Made by a program: the position numbers and the translations under genes
Notes under the pieces: generated by a model
Seen by the model: the letters and a program-made list of their open reading frames with translations, nothing else
What the model was told of the DNA's origin: nothing
Databases searched by the model: none
From: a virus
Strand: one strand, 5' to 3'
IMG/VR virus record: IMGVR_UViG_3300013099_000018
Span: 32,001-96,000 of that record
DNA length: 64,000 nt
Shown: positions 10,386-20,937 of the stretch, piece by piece
Layout: every line of letters starts with the position of its first letter
Numbering within the stretch: position 1 is the stretch's first letter

Positions 10386-10755
10386 TATTTTCCACTTTTT
10401 TAATCACGTTTATAGCACTTACTAAAGTTATAACTTTCACTCTGTTTTTATTTGCAATTTCTTTTAGACCGACATTGACATTGTAAGCTTTTGAAGTTAT
10501 GTAGTCTTGCACAGCAAAATGCAACCTAATGAACCCATGCGTAATTGGCATTTTAAACCTTCTACGCTTGACCTTTATTTTACGTGGTTTAGCTAATTTA
10601 GACTTAGACTCGTAATATCTTTTCCAGTCTTCCCTCTCTTTTGAAATTAAAATAAAATCAGTAATGTGTGTTTGTATAAACTTATCTTTCTTTTCTTTGA
10701 AATCTATATGGTTAATCCCATGAATCTCTGCCAACTTGTGTATGAAATCTACCAT
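10375..10755 (-). CDS. Basic protein with C-terminal HTH (mirror of 29506-29886)
   Basis: LKEIA....V...TL. Confidence 0.5.
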   Translation of the reverse strand: MVDFIHKLAEIHGINHIDFKEKKDKFIQTHITDFILISKEREDWKRYYESKSKLAKPRKIKVKRRRFKMPITHGFIRLHFAVQDYITSKAYNVNVGLKEIANKNRVKVITLVSAINVIKKVENTIV

Positions 10756-10757
10756 AC

Positions 10758-11150
10758 CTACTCTCTATTCTTTATTTTTTTCAAAAGCTCAACCTCATAC
10801 AAGTATAGTTTAGCATCTTTCGTATTATTAGTTACTTTGTATAACGCTACAATCCATTCTTCCAAGCTGTTGAAACCGCTAAACTCTACAAAGTTGCTCA
10901 GTGAGATGTACTTGTCTTGAACTTTTACTGCCATTCTGCTCAAATAAACTCTACCAACTTTTGTTACGCTTGCTATCGCTACAACCTTGTTAGTTCTTCC
11001 ATCAATTACTCTTTTTATCCCTTCTCTTACTGCAAATGGTCTTATTGTATAAACTCTGCCTTTGTTGAGTAAGCAATCCAACGGTTCTTTGAGTTTAAAC
11101 GTAATCCTCAAAAAAGGATAAACCAGAACCATGATATCACCTTTGTACAT
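10758..11150 (-). CDS. ASCH/PUA-like protein (mirror of 29111-29503)
   Basis: G.VYTIR and SGF.SLEEW. Confidence 0.5.
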   Translation of the reverse strand: MYKGDIMVLVYPFLRITFKLKEPLDCLLNKGRVYTIRPFAVREGIKRVIDGRTNKVVAIASVTKVGRVYLSRMAVKVQDKYISLSNFVEFSGFNSLEEWIVALYKVTNNTKDAKLYLYEVELLKKIKNRE

Positions 11151-11157
11151 CTATTGT

Positions 11158-11376
11158 TTATCTTTCAAAATCATATGCTGATATGTAGATTTCCATACCG
11201 CATTTTTCACACTTACATGTTATACCAGTAAATACTAGTTTTCTTGCACCTAATGCCCCAAAAGCTATGTCATAGTTGACATCACTTAAAATTAGCCTCC
11301 CACCGCAACCTTCATGTATAAATACTCTTTCAACTTTACCTTTTTCCCTTTTTACAATTTGCCTAAATCCTTTCAT
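11158..11376 (-). CDS. Small Zn-ribbon protein (mirror of 28885-29103)
   Basis: HxxC/CxxC. Confidence 0.55.
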   Translation of the reverse strand: MKGFRQIVKREKGKVERVFIHEGCGGRLILSDVNYDIAFGALGARKLVFTGITCKCEKCGMEIYISAYDFER

Positions 11377-11388
11377 ACAATCACCTCT

Positions 11389-11730
11389 TTATCTATAAGA
11401 ATTACAAACGTAGTTTAGCATTATCAAAAACTTAACAAAGTTCTTACGAATCCATTGTTTCAGAGATATATCGCATTTTGTTGAAATTTCACCCAAGCTT
11501 TTAATGTCTTTTGGAGAAAATATGAACCAAGTCTTATCACCGTTCTTAAGCATTACAAGGCTTAATCCAAACCTTTCAGCTAATTCGCTTGCCTTTCTTG
11601 AATCTATGTATTCTTCTGCAACTTTAACGCTTGCTAAGTCTATTGTAGCTTCGTAGTTTCTCATCTTTAACACGAAAGGCTTTTCGAACTCTCCTAAAAA
11701 AGCCTTTTTTGCATTTTCCACCTTCCACAT
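11389..11730 (-). CDS. Hypothetical protein (mirror of 28531-28872)
   Basis: Leaderless ORF after TATA box. Confidence 0.6.
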   Translation of the reverse strand: MWKVENAKKAFLGEFEKPFVLKMRNYEATIDLASVKVAEEYIDSRKASELAERFGLSLVMLKNGDKTWFIFSPKDIKSLGEISTKCDISLKQWIRKNFVKFLIMLNYVCNSYR

Positions 11731-11855
11731 GTTCTTATTTCTGTAAGAACTGTTATATAAACTTAACTAAATCTAAGAGGTTATAAATATACAACTTATC
11801 TACTTACTATAATATAACCATAAGTCTTATATAGATAAAACACATAACATTACAT

Positions 11856-12704
11856 ATGGTTGAGTATTTGAGGGGGTTAGAGCCAAGAAGAGGTTGTGGA
11901 TATAGACATGTAGGGAAACTATACATTAGAGGAGAAGGGATACCAGTACCATGCCACAGATTACCATTTCCACTGACAGCATGTCCAGTATGCGGTGAAG
12001 GAATCAAGTTTACAAGAGGGTGGGTCAGACTAAACCCAAGAAGACTATTGAGAGAGTGTGGAGATGAGGTCATAGCATGTCCACAATGTGGAGAACAGAT
12101 GGAGAAAGCAAATGAATTTGCAGAAAGAAAATTCGTAAATATATGGTTGTGTAAAGATTGCAGAATTGCTATAAAAAGACACCCAGAGCCATGTTCATGT
12201 GATATTCATTGTCCAGTATGCCATCCACCAGAGAAGGCATTTATGCTATGGGTTGGAGAGAAATTCTATCCAACACCGCATGATTTTGCCATAGAGGCAG
12301 AAAAACTTGGAGTGAGTAAAGCAGTACCATCAATACCAAGAGATTTTGAGTTAGGTAAAACATTAGTCTATCTTGCTCACAGGAAAGCAGTAGACCTATA
12401 CATTGAAAACAAAAACACCTTGGTAGGTTATGAAATGAAAAAGCATTCAGGAATCTTTATGGCATTTAGACCAACTCATTTCGAAATACTAATCAAAGAG
12501 AGTGATTACAAAGCTAAAAAGGAAGAATACGATAAGCTTGAAGAAAGAGGTATCAAGGTAATAGTAGTTCCAGACAACTACGATGAAATGGTAGCAAAGG
12601 CAGAGGAAGAATATAAATCAAGAAAATCTAAGAGACATAAAAACAAAGCTAAGTTTAAGTCAAACAGTAATACCCTTGCAAAGCTCATATCAGAAAATGA
12701 TTAA
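11856..12704 (+). CDS. Multi-Cys zinc-binding protein (mirror of 27557-28405)
   Basis: Several CxxC. Confidence 0.7.
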   Translation: MVEYLRGLEPRRGCGYRHVGKLYIRGEGIPVPCHRLPFPLTACPVCGEGIKFTRGWVRLNPRRLLRECGDEVIACPQCGEQMEKANEFAERKFVNIWLCKDCRIAIKRHPEPCSCDIHCPVCHPPEKAFMLWVGEKFYPTPHDFAIEAEKLGVSKAVPSIPRDFELGKTLVYLAHRKAVDLYIENKNTLVGYEMKKHSGIFMAFRPTHFEILIKESDYKAKKEEYDKLEERGIKVIVVPDNYDEMVAKAEEEYKSRKSKRHKNKAKFKSNSNTLAKLISEND

Positions 12705-12921
12705 ATTTTTTAACATTTCTTATAAATTTTTTATGGATATGATGACCTCTAAAGAGAATGTTTACGTCTGTATAATTGTAGACGACACTTCAAAGGTTAC
12801 AAGGGTTAGAGCAGATAACATAATGCAAGCTCTAAACCTCGTAAGAAGAGTGTATAACAATTGCAGAGGTAAAAATGTTATAGTTGTTAAAGAGGAATTC
12901 ATAGAAATCCTAACTCTTTAA
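12676..12921 (+). CDS. Hypothetical protein (mirror of 27340-27585)
   Basis: Short ORF. Confidence 0.4.
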   Translation: MQSSYQKMIKFFNISYKFFMDMMTSKENVYVCIIVDDTSKVTRVRADNIMQALNLVRRVYNNCRGKNVIVVKEEFIEILTL

Positions 12922-12981
12922 TTTGCACTAAGCACGAAAGTTATATATTCCTTCTATTTTTAATAAGATAGTGGTGATAGC

Positions 12982-13215
12982 ATGAAAGAGGATTTAGGTA
13001 TTAAGTTGGGTAAAAGCAAGGTGAACAAAAAGGGACAGTATTCTTTATCTGTAACAATACCTAAGAATGTACTTGACAATTTCAAGATAGAGCTTGGGGA
13101 TACCTTGGAGTTCTACAGAGTATTACCAGAAGCACTTGAAAGAGACTCTAAAGAACTATACGAATTGCTCAAGGATTGCATTGTCATAAGAATTAAGAAG
13201 GAAGATGGAGAATGA
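12982..13215 (+). CDS. AbrB/SpoVT-family DNA-binding protein (mirror of 27046-27279)
   Basis: S..VTIPK......I..GD.LEF. Confidence 0.75.
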   Translation: MKEDLGIKLGKSKVNKKGQYSLSVTIPKNVLDNFKIELGDTLEFYRVLPEALERDSKELYELLKDCIVIRIKKEDGE

Positions 13216-13580
13216 AGGTCAAATTAAGAAGAAATAAAATTCTGAAACAGAATGTAGAAGTCTTCATTGGTAAAAAGTTAGTTGGAACTATCAAAAAATC
13301 TCAGAATGGCTTAGTCTATGTAACGAGAAGGAGACACTATGACCATTTCTTCAGAAAGTTCAAAGGTTTCGGAATCTCGAAACGGATTATCAACATTCTT
13401 AGGGATATAGGAGTAAAGTCAATCATAATCGTGTATGATACTGGAGAAGGTGAACAACTATACATCTCAGCATTGTATAAATGGCTTAAGGATGCTTATG
13501 AATACGAGTATATACTTGAAGATGGAACAAAAGACCCTCAGTTAGTTCTGTCAATAGAACACATGACTAAGTTAGATTGA
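13212..13580 (+). CDS. Hypothetical protein (mirror of 26681-27049)
   Basis: ATGA-coupled to AbrB gene. Confidence 0.65.
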   Translation: MKVKLRRNKILKQNVEVFIGKKLVGTIKKSQNGLVYVTRRRHYDHFFRKFKGFGISKRIINILRDIGVKSIIIVYDTGEGEQLYISALYKWLKDAYEYEYILEDGTKDPQLVLSIEHMTKLD

Positions 13581-13620
13581 CTTAATATCATGAAAAAGTA
13601 CAAATGCTTTATTTGTGGAA

Positions 13621-13740
13621 GAGAATGTCCAGAAGGTGTGTCTGGATGCTATCAACGCATCCTTCATCCTTGGGTCTCATCGGATTCGGGATTACATCTC
13701 CTTGACCCCGTTCACCGTGCACCCTCACACGGCACATCTC
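13621..13740 (-). ncRNA. Structured ncRNA candidate (mirror of 26521-26640)
   Basis: See 26521-26640. Confidence 0.55.
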
Positions 13741-13829
13741 AAACGACATCTAAGACACAGACTTATAAAGTTTTCTCAATTACACTTGATAAAGTTTATT
13801 AAAAATGCAAACTATACCTATTCTTTAAT

Positions 13830-14087
13830 ATGGTAGTGTACATAATAGATGAATGGGATACTTTCTTAGAAGCAGTAGCAACATCAAGGTACAAACTCTA
13901 CAGAGTTAAGAAATTCGACAACAAAGCAATAGTTCAAGCAAAAGCTGGAAGATTAGGCTTTGAGAAAACATTTGACCTTACAAACCCTCGGGAAAAAGAG
14001 GAGTTCGAAAGAATAATGAACGACATCAAAATATGGGATTTCGTAGAAGTAAAAAAAGTAGTAAACGATGACGAATTCTTTTATTGA
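13830..14087 (+). CDS. Hypothetical protein (mirror of 26174-26431)
   Basis: ORF after TATA-like box. Confidence 0.6.
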   Translation: MVVYIIDEWDTFLEAVATSRYKLYRVKKFDNKAIVQAKAGRLGFEKTFDLTNPREKEEFERIMNDIKIWDFVEVKKVVNDDEFFY

Positions 14088-14097
14088 ATATTACGTT

Positions 14098-14385
14098 TTA
14101 GCTTTTTTTGCTTTTGTTTAAATAATGTACCAATACTTTCATCACTACTACCCCCTTAATCAACTTATCCAAATCAATCTCACTTTCATCGAATCCCAAC
14201 CACCTCAGTAACTTAACGGAAGCTTCAACAAACTTTCCAGTCTTAACTATTTGCTTAAACTCCTCTGAATATTGCCTAAACAACTCATCATATTGTTCTT
14301 TTGAGATACTGAGTATCTCATAAATCACCTTAGATTTTTTAGCTCTATCCAGTATTTCATCAATAATATTCAAACTATACCACAA
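14098..14385 (-). CDS. Hypothetical protein (mirror of 25876-26163)
   Basis: Charged helical ORF. Confidence 0.5.
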   Translation of the reverse strand: MWYSLNIIDEILDRAKKSKVIYEILSISKEQYDELFRQYSEEFKQIVKTGKFVEASVKLLRWLGFDESEIDLDKLIKGVVVMKVLVHYLNKSKKS

Positions 14386-14593
14386 TATCTATATTAGCTT
14401 TACCTCAAATCTCGACAATTAAACGAACCCTATAATTAAACTATTCATCGAATGCAACAACATTTCGAATTATCCGAATCAGAGATAAAAAAGAAATCCC
14501 AAACCACAATTTTAATTGAGTAACACCATGAAAATTATTTCCCCTAGGATTATTTTATAACGGTAGCACTTAATAATACTAAATATAAAAAAA

Positions 14594-15625
14594 TTATGCA
14601 ATGGGATACCTATACTTGGCATGAGTCTCTGGATGTACCACGTCATAGCAATCCCAGTAGACATAGTATACCCAAGGGCTAACGATGCGATTCTCGACAT
14701 CGAGGTACGTTAGTAATTCATCCAACCTTATTAGAGTTAGAGGATTAATCCAATCGTTAGGATTGACGAGCATGATTCTTGAATTGTTTATCAAGTCTCT
14801 TATTCTTAACATTAATGAGTAATTACGCCTATATCTATTGAACCACTCTGGATTGACGTACTTAGCAATGTTGTAAACTGATTCAATTATGCAATATATA
14901 GCACTCTTGTAACCAACGCAATCGAACATTCTTATCTCGATGGTATCAACGCTCTTAATTCTATGCCTTCCCTCTTTACGGTTAGTGTTTATGATTATAT
15001 CATGATACCTATGACTTAAGTTAGCCTCTTCATCATATATCCAGTAATCTTCGTATTCATAGTTGTCATAATGCAACGGTAGAGTTCCGATGTGAGGACT
15101 TTCAAGTTGTCTAAGACTTAACACTTCACCGTATCTTTCGCTCTTAAATGGAGCGGACAATGTAATTCTTGTAATATCGAGAACAAATGGGTACATTGCT
15201 AAAGCATGCTCGACCATTCTGCCAAAGCTCATTTCGGGCTTGTAGCTAACGTGAACATGGAAACCGCAGAACATTCCTCCTTTGATATACGAAACTGGAG
15301 CTATGATACATTCTTTTTCTCTTGCAACTCTCGAAACCTCTTTCATTAGCTCGATTAGCTCATCAGCAACTTCTTTCCAGTCCTCAGAAGGATTAGTTCT
15401 AATCTCAAGCTGGTACTCATAGTAGTCTTTGTAAACCCTTTCATCGAACTCTGAGTAAATGTCCTCGATTACGTCTTTCTCATTTAGTAGTTCATATCTA
15501 TCTTCATAGATGTCGATGAGATAGATTTCCATCTCAGCACCAATTACAACCTCTTTTTCAAACTTAGCCTCTAAAGCTTCTTCCAACCTCGAAAGGAGCA
15601 TACCCATCACCTCACTTAAATCCAA
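14594..15625 (-). CDS. GCS2/COOH-NH2 ligase (mirror of 24636-25667)
   Basis: GAEME, QLEIRT, GFHVHVS, EIRMFD. Confidence 0.8.
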   Translation of the reverse strand: MDLSEVMGMLLSRLEEALEAKFEKEVVIGAEMEIYLIDIYEDRYELLNEKDVIEDIYSEFDERVYKDYYEYQLEIRTNPSEDWKEVADELIELMKEVSRVAREKECIIAPVSYIKGGMFCGFHVHVSYKPEMSFGRMVEHALAMYPFVLDITRITLSAPFKSERYGEVLSLRQLESPHIGTLPLHYDNYEYEDYWIYDEEANLSHRYHDIIINTNRKEGRHRIKSVDTIEIRMFDCVGYKSAIYCIIESVYNIAKYVNPEWFNRYRRNYSLMLRIRDLINNSRIMLVNPNDWINPLTLIRLDELLTYLDVENRIVSPWVYYVYWDCYDVVHPETHAKYRYPIA

Positions 15626-15628
15626 AAA

Positions 15629-16480
15629 TTAGAGGTAAAATCTCCAATCTCTCCAGATATCCCATTCTTCCTCAACATGGCAATCGCAGTTTAGTGATTT
15701 CCCTTTAACCTTGAACTCGATGAAGTCATTGTATTCTTCTCCGTCTCTTGAATAAACGAGGAGTTCACAGTCTCTTAAAGCTTTGATTTTCTTGACCCTG
15801 ATTTCTTCGAGCATCCATCTTTCTGATGCAAACCATAGCTTGCTGTTTTTGAAACCATAGAACAATGGTCTTTCAAATCTGAATAAAGCAAGTAGGTCAT
15901 CTTTCTTTGAATATATCCAGAGTGCCATGTCCCCGAAATATATCAAGTAGCTTAAGGCTCTTTCGAGAGCCTCGATGAAATCATTGTATTTGTTATACTC
16001 TTCTTGAATTGCTACTCCTATTTCGAATGAGTCTGTTTCAGGCAAATCCGTTTCAACTTTACCAAGTATTTCATAGGTATCGATGTATTCGTAATCGTAA
16101 TCGAATTTAGAATTTCCACTCCTTATGTCCTTGAACAATGTATATTCGTAAAGCATGCCATTGTGAGCAAATACTATATCCTTAAGCTCGAAAGGATGGT
16201 TGTTTTTGTTTTTCAATGGGTCTCCAATGGTTGGCTCTCTGGTGTGCATTAGGAACATGTTTCTACCTACAACAAGCTCACTGAATGGTCTTATCCTATC
16301 AATCATCTCGATGACATCTGAAGCACTGGAAGGGAACTTTATCACGTTTTCACCATTGTAAAAGCCAAAGGCTTTATCGCCTCTCGATTGCAGATAGATT
16401 GCTAGCTCGATGAGTCTCTTGGCATCTCTCTTGTCCAGTCTTACATCACCTAATCCCCAAACTCCACCTATACCGCACAT
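15629..16480 (-). CDS. Class II glutamine amidotransferase (mirror of 23781-24632)
   Basis: MCGI, RG, HTR, HPF, HNG, TDS. Confidence 0.88.
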   Translation of the reverse strand: MCGIGGVWGLGDVRLDKRDAKRLIELAIYLQSRGDKAFGFYNGENVIKFPSSASDVIEMIDRIRPFSELVVGRNMFLMHTREPTIGDPLKNKNNHPFELKDIVFAHNGMLYEYTLFKDIRSGNSKFDYDYEYIDTYEILGKVETDLPETDSFEIGVAIQEEYNKYNDFIEALERALSYLIYFGDMALWIYSKKDDLLALFRFERPLFYGFKNSKLWFASERWMLEEIRVKKIKALRDCELLVYSRDGEEYNDFIEFKVKGKSLNCDCHVEEEWDIWRDWRFYL

Positions 16481-16609
16481 ACTACCACCTCTACAATAAA
16501 ATAGTCGAACAAACGTTATATAAACCTTGCGGTATTAATGAGATAGGGATTTAGATATAATGGCTTGAGATTCTTTAGAAACGAATAAGGTGGAAAAACA
16601 AAAAAGGAT

Positions 16610-16873
16610 TTAATAGTTTTTATATTCCTGAAGTAGCTGGACTATAGATTCTAATCTCGACATTAATAGCCTTATATCTTCACCATATTTATCAAGTAAC
16701 TCTGTGAATGTCTTTAGTACAGTTTCATCTTTGTATTTCATACTGTGTAAGATTACAGCTATATGTCCAACTTCTGTTTTTATCTCTCTAAGGCTACTTA
16801 GGACTGCTTCCAGCTTACCATAAGTATACCATACTGTTTTTTCCAATTCAACCCTACCCTCCATCTCAACCAC
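16610..16873 (-). CDS. Small helical protein (mirror of 23388-23651)
   Basis: Own strong promoter and RBS. Confidence 0.65.
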   Translation of the reverse strand: MVEMEGRVELEKTVWYTYGKLEAVLSSLREIKTEVGHIAVILHSMKYKDETVLKTFTELLDKYGEDIRLLMSRLESIVQLLQEYKNY

Positions 16874-17002
16874 CTCTATACCTAACTATGCCATAATTGT
16901 TATATAAATCTTGTGGTATTACACTATAGAGGATTAGCAGATAGAACCAAGCTAAACAATTTTAGAATTATTACAAAAAAGGAGAAATAATTAAAGAAAT
17001 AA

Positions 17003-17377
17003 TTAGATTGAAAGTTTTATGATTGGCTCTAGAATGTTCCTGAGTTTTTCAATACCATATGCTCCAGTTGCGAATATTGTTAAGTAGTATTCACCAAAAC
17101 TGTAAGCACAAATGCATGAACCAGGAATTATGCTTGAAATTTTGGATTCATCTCCTTTTCTCACGACAATACTCGCCTGCACCTCGTAGATGTTCTCTCC
17201 GATTTCTGCGACCTTTATCGCACTGTGTGCAAGGATTTTTGGTTGTACTGGCTTGTGTATATAGACTGTTTGACCATCTACATGAACTTCTGCCCCGAAT
17301 TTCTTTGCTAACTCTTCTACTATTTTTACCATTTCCAATTCAACCCTATCCACCTTAGCCTTTGCCATCTCAACCAC
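17003..17377 (-). CDS. Small protein (mirror of 22884-23258)
   Basis: Own strong promoter and RBS. Confidence 0.65.
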   Translation of the reverse strand: MVEMAKAKVDRVELEMVKIVEELAKKFGAEVHVDGQTVYIHKPVQPKILAHSAIKVAEIGENIYEVQASIVVRKGDESKISSIIPGSCICAYSFGEYYLTIFATGAYGIEKLRNILEPIIKLSI

Positions 17378-17910
17378 CTCTATCTTATCCTATACCGCAA
17401 TTGCTATATAAACTTTGCGGTATTAGCTCGACATAACAATTAAAACCTCTCGACATATTTATAAAAATGGCTCGATGTAAAGGATATCAAGAATATTCCG
17501 ACAGATGAATGAAAACGGCTCGACATGAGCCTCTTTCGCCCCCCATTCTGGGATTTTTATAATTTGATTTTTATAATTTCGCCCCCATGTTAGTCTCCGC
17601 CCCCGCCTCCGCATTCTATTGCGGATTTTTATAATTTGGTTTTTATTGTTTTCACCCTTTGCTAATGTCCATGCCTACCGTGATTTCCTTTTTGGGGTTT
17701 TTATAATGCGATTTTTATAATGACTGCCGTGTCATAATGTCTGATTCCCACATGCTGACATTTATCGAGCATTTTTATTGTTTTTGTTTTATTTCTGCGA
17801 TTTTATTTTTCGCCCATGATTTTAAGTAGCAGTATAGGCATATGTCATCATCATGCTTTGGACTTCCCCCTATAAACCATTCACCGCAAATTCGACACTT
17901 TGGCATGTTT

Positions 17911-19320
17911 TCACCCCCAAGCTTTTATCTGGTTTACAACTTTTCTGTCGATGCCTAAACTTTCAAGCTTACTGATGAATTCATTGAAGTTGTTACTACT
18001 CCATGCTATTTTTGTTAGGATAGTGTTTAGTTTATCATCAGTTTCGACAAAAATAATTTTAGTTTGTAGTTGTGTTGTTTTGCTTTTAGTTCTATATTTG
18101 GTATTTTGCTTAATTGCAAATTTGCTTAAGTCAAATTCAGAATCTGTGGATTCTTCATATTTTGGATATTTAAATCGGTATTCTAGAGCTTTTAGTAAGT
18201 TTACCCCTAGTTCTTTGCTAAGTTTTATAAGTGGTTTTCTTATAAACTTAATAAGTAGTTTAAACTTATTCCTAAGATATAGTTTATCTAATTTGTTTAA
18301 TTCTTTACCATAATAGTTTATCTTTTCATAGATTTCTTTAGTTTTGTTGAAGTTTGGTTCATCGAAAGGAATTTCGTAAGTTTTTAGAGCAATTGCTAAT
18401 AACGTAGCTGTAAGCAAAACATGGTTATCAACGTCTTTAGGTGAATCTGGGAATCTTATTTCTACAGCATAATCCTTAAGATGTACACAACAGTATTTGT
18501 TTATGAAATGGTTTTTGTAGTTGTCATATTCATCTGGGAATTCCTTATATTCATATCTTTCGTAAGTATCAGGAAAACAAAACATATAGCTAAGCAAATC
18601 GCTAAAGAATAGTATATTTGAGGCAATAATTGTATCATAATCGAGCCATGACTTATTGCCATTTTCCCAGGAGATATTAATGTGTCCACCACATTTATCT
18701 TCAATGCTTATGTTTTCTTTTCCAATTTCTGAAACAATAGCCTTAATAGCATGCCAATAGTCTTTTAATGAGCTAAATGGTTTAGTAACAAATTCCATGC
18801 CACAAGATTCATCGTAATAGTAGTTATCTAAGTATGGTTCAATCTTTGAAATATCAATGTCATCTAAGCTATAATAGTCATTATATGGGCAATAATCCCT
18901 ATTGTAAATGTATTCACAATCACTACACCTATCGCAACAATCACACACCAGTTCTTGCCACAAATAGTTTTCTTGACAAACTTCGCAAATATCTCTATCA
19001 TCATTTTCTTCAAGATATCCATGCCTTATTGCGTAATCCCTTATGTCTTCGGGATTACATCTTTCGCAATATAGTTGTTCATTTTGGCAATATTCACAAA
19101 CTGGGCAATTGTCGCAAATTGCACAATAAGAACAGCTTTCACAGTCATAACCGCTTATTACTGTTTCGATTTCTGTTCCTATTTTGTACATGAGTTTTGG
19201 TTTTATTGCTATTTGCTGTTTTTCCGATTCTTTTCCTGATTCTTCTATTATTTTGTCAATAATCTTATCTAACTCCATGTTTAACATTATGGTGTTATTG
19301 TTATATAAACTTTGTGGCAT
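17911..19320 (-). CDS. Amidoligase with Cys-rich insert (mirror of 20941-22350)
   Basis: GTEIE, MEFVT, CGGHINIS, VEIR. Confidence 0.72.
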   Translation of the reverse strand: MPQSLYNNNTIMLNMELDKIIDKIIEESGKESEKQQIAIKPKLMYKIGTEIETVISGYDCESCSYCAICDNCPVCEYCQNEQLYCERCNPEDIRDYAIRHGYLEENDDRDICEVCQENYLWQELVCDCCDRCSDCEYIYNRDYCPYNDYYSLDDIDISKIEPYLDNYYYDESCGMEFVTKPFSSLKDYWHAIKAIVSEIGKENISIEDKCGGHINISWENGNKSWLDYDTIIASNILFFSDLLSYMFCFPDTYERYEYKEFPDEYDNYKNHFINKYCCVHLKDYAVEIRFPDSPKDVDNHVLLTATLLAIALKTYEIPFDEPNFNKTKEIYEKINYYGKELNKLDKLYLRNKFKLLIKFIRKPLIKLSKELGVNLLKALEYRFKYPKYEESTDSEFDLSKFAIKQNTKYRTKSKTTQLQTKIIFVETDDKLNTILTKIAWSSNNFNEFISKLESLGIDRKVVNQIKAWG

Positions 19321-19350
19321 TAATCGTAATTACACTTGTGTAAGTACATA

Positions 19351-19849
19351 TATGAAATTTCATGCATGAATTTTCATATACGAAATTTTGTGTATAAAGT
19401 TTCGTATATGAGATTTCATATAGGAATTTTCATATATGAAATTTTGTGTATAAAATTTCATGCACAAATTTTCATGCATAAAATTTTGTGAACAAAATTT
19501 CATGCACAAAATTTCATGCACAAAAATTCACAAGTCGAATTACATAGCCTATATTACAATTCTAAAATACCATTTACTTAATTGCTAATCAAAATTTGCA
19601 TTTTCATATTTGCAAACCTATAATCTCAAGCACGTATTTCCATGCCTTAAATTCCACAAGCGTAAGTACACAATTGTAATTAGTTTGACGAAATTCAATA
19701 GCTGTAATTTGGCGTTCCCAATTAGCTATGTTTAATTGCACTTTTGAACTTACATATTTGTAATTACTCTGTGGTACTTGCATAGCTGTAATTTCGTGCC
19801 TGAAATTGCGTACCTTCAATTTCACAAGACGTATTACACTAATGCAATT
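19351..19849. repeat. 14-bp-period degenerate tandem array (mirror of 20412-20910)
   Basis: Reverse complement of 20412-20910. Confidence 0.75.
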
Positions 19850-20110
19850 TCAGCATGAATCAATGGCTTGTTTTAATATAATCCTAATAATAAAAAGCAA
19901 TTTATACTTGGTTTGCATACACAAGATTTATTCATCTTAAATTATACAAACGGAGCAATGCACAAAGACACAGTCGAGCCATGATGATGAGGCAAATTGA
20001 AATCCACACAGCACTATAAAAATCGAATTATAAAAAACCGCAAACAAAATGGCACAGACGGATTCGCACAAAAATATAAAAACCGAATTATAAAAAACCG
20101 CTGGCGGAAA

Positions 20111-20150
20111 CCCACATTATATTATTACACGTGTAATAATATAATGTGGG
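20111..20150. other. Putative hairpin telomere tip (palindrome centre between 20130 and 20131)
   Basis: Perfect dyad with alternating purine-pyrimidine core TACACGTGTA; gene-free and flanked by repeats. Confidence 0.7.
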
Positions 20151-20159
20151 TTTCCGCCA

Positions 20160-20246
20160 GCGGTTTTTTATAATTCGGTTTTTATATTTTTGTGCGAATC
20201 CGTCTGTGCCATTTTGTTTGCGGTTTTTTATAATTCGATTTTTATA
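20160..20246. repeat. Subterminal direct repeat GCGGTTTTTTATAATTCG(G/A)TTTTTATA x2, 60-bp period
   Basis: Copies at 20160-20186 and 20220-20246. Confidence 0.85.
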
Positions 20247-20411
20247 GTGCTGTGTGGATTTCAATTTGCCTCATCATCATGGCTCGACTGTGTCTTTGTG
20301 CATTGCTCCGTTTGTATAATTTAAGATGAATAAATCTTGTGTATGCAAACCAAGTATAAATTGCTTTTTATTATTAGGATTATATTAAAACAAGCCATTG
20401 ATTCATGCTGA

Positions 20412-20910
20412 AATTGCATTAGTGTAATACGTCTTGTGAAATTGAAGGTACGCAATTTCAGGCACGAAATTACAGCTATGCAAGTACCACAGAGTAATTA
20501 CAAATATGTAAGTTCAAAAGTGCAATTAAACATAGCTAATTGGGAACGCCAAATTACAGCTATTGAATTTCGTCAAACTAATTACAATTGTGTACTTACG
20601 CTTGTGGAATTTAAGGCATGGAAATACGTGCTTGAGATTATAGGTTTGCAAATATGAAAATGCAAATTTTGATTAGCAATTAAGTAAATGGTATTTTAGA
20701 ATTGTAATATAGGCTATGTAATTCGACTTGTGAATTTTTGTGCATGAAATTTTGTGCATGAAATTTTGTTCACAAAATTTTATGCATGAAAATTTGTGCA
20801 TGAAATTTTATACACAAAATTTCATATATGAAAATTCCTATATGAAATCTCATATACGAAACTTTATACACAAAATTTCGTATATGAAAATTCATGCATG
20901 AAATTTCATA
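20412..20910. repeat. Degenerate 14-bp-period tandem array; distal ~13 units near-palindromic (consensus ~GAAATTTYRTRCAT)
   Basis: AATT-like words at 20412, 20440, 20454, 20468, 20496, 20524, 20538, 20552, 20566, 20580, 20608 and at 20733, 20748, 20762, 20776, 20791, 20804, 20818, 20833, 20846, 20860, 20874, 20889, 20902. Confidence 0.8.
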
Positions 20911-20937
20911 TATGTACTTACACAAGTGTAATTACGA

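Noticed and set aside
1-20130. A genuine 20-kb gene duplication or two separate gene sets
   Set aside because: Arms abut with no spacer and appear identical, including an in-frame stop; better explained as hairpin read-through, a replicative junction or a fold-back artefact.
20436-20657. 73-aa ORF (and mirror 19604-19825)
   Set aside because: Lies wholly in the 14-bp periodic array, no RBS or promoter; probably spurious.
20730-20910. CRISPR or mini-CRISPR array
   Set aside because: Units are ~14 bp, contiguous, with no unique spacers; no CRISPR array seen in the window.
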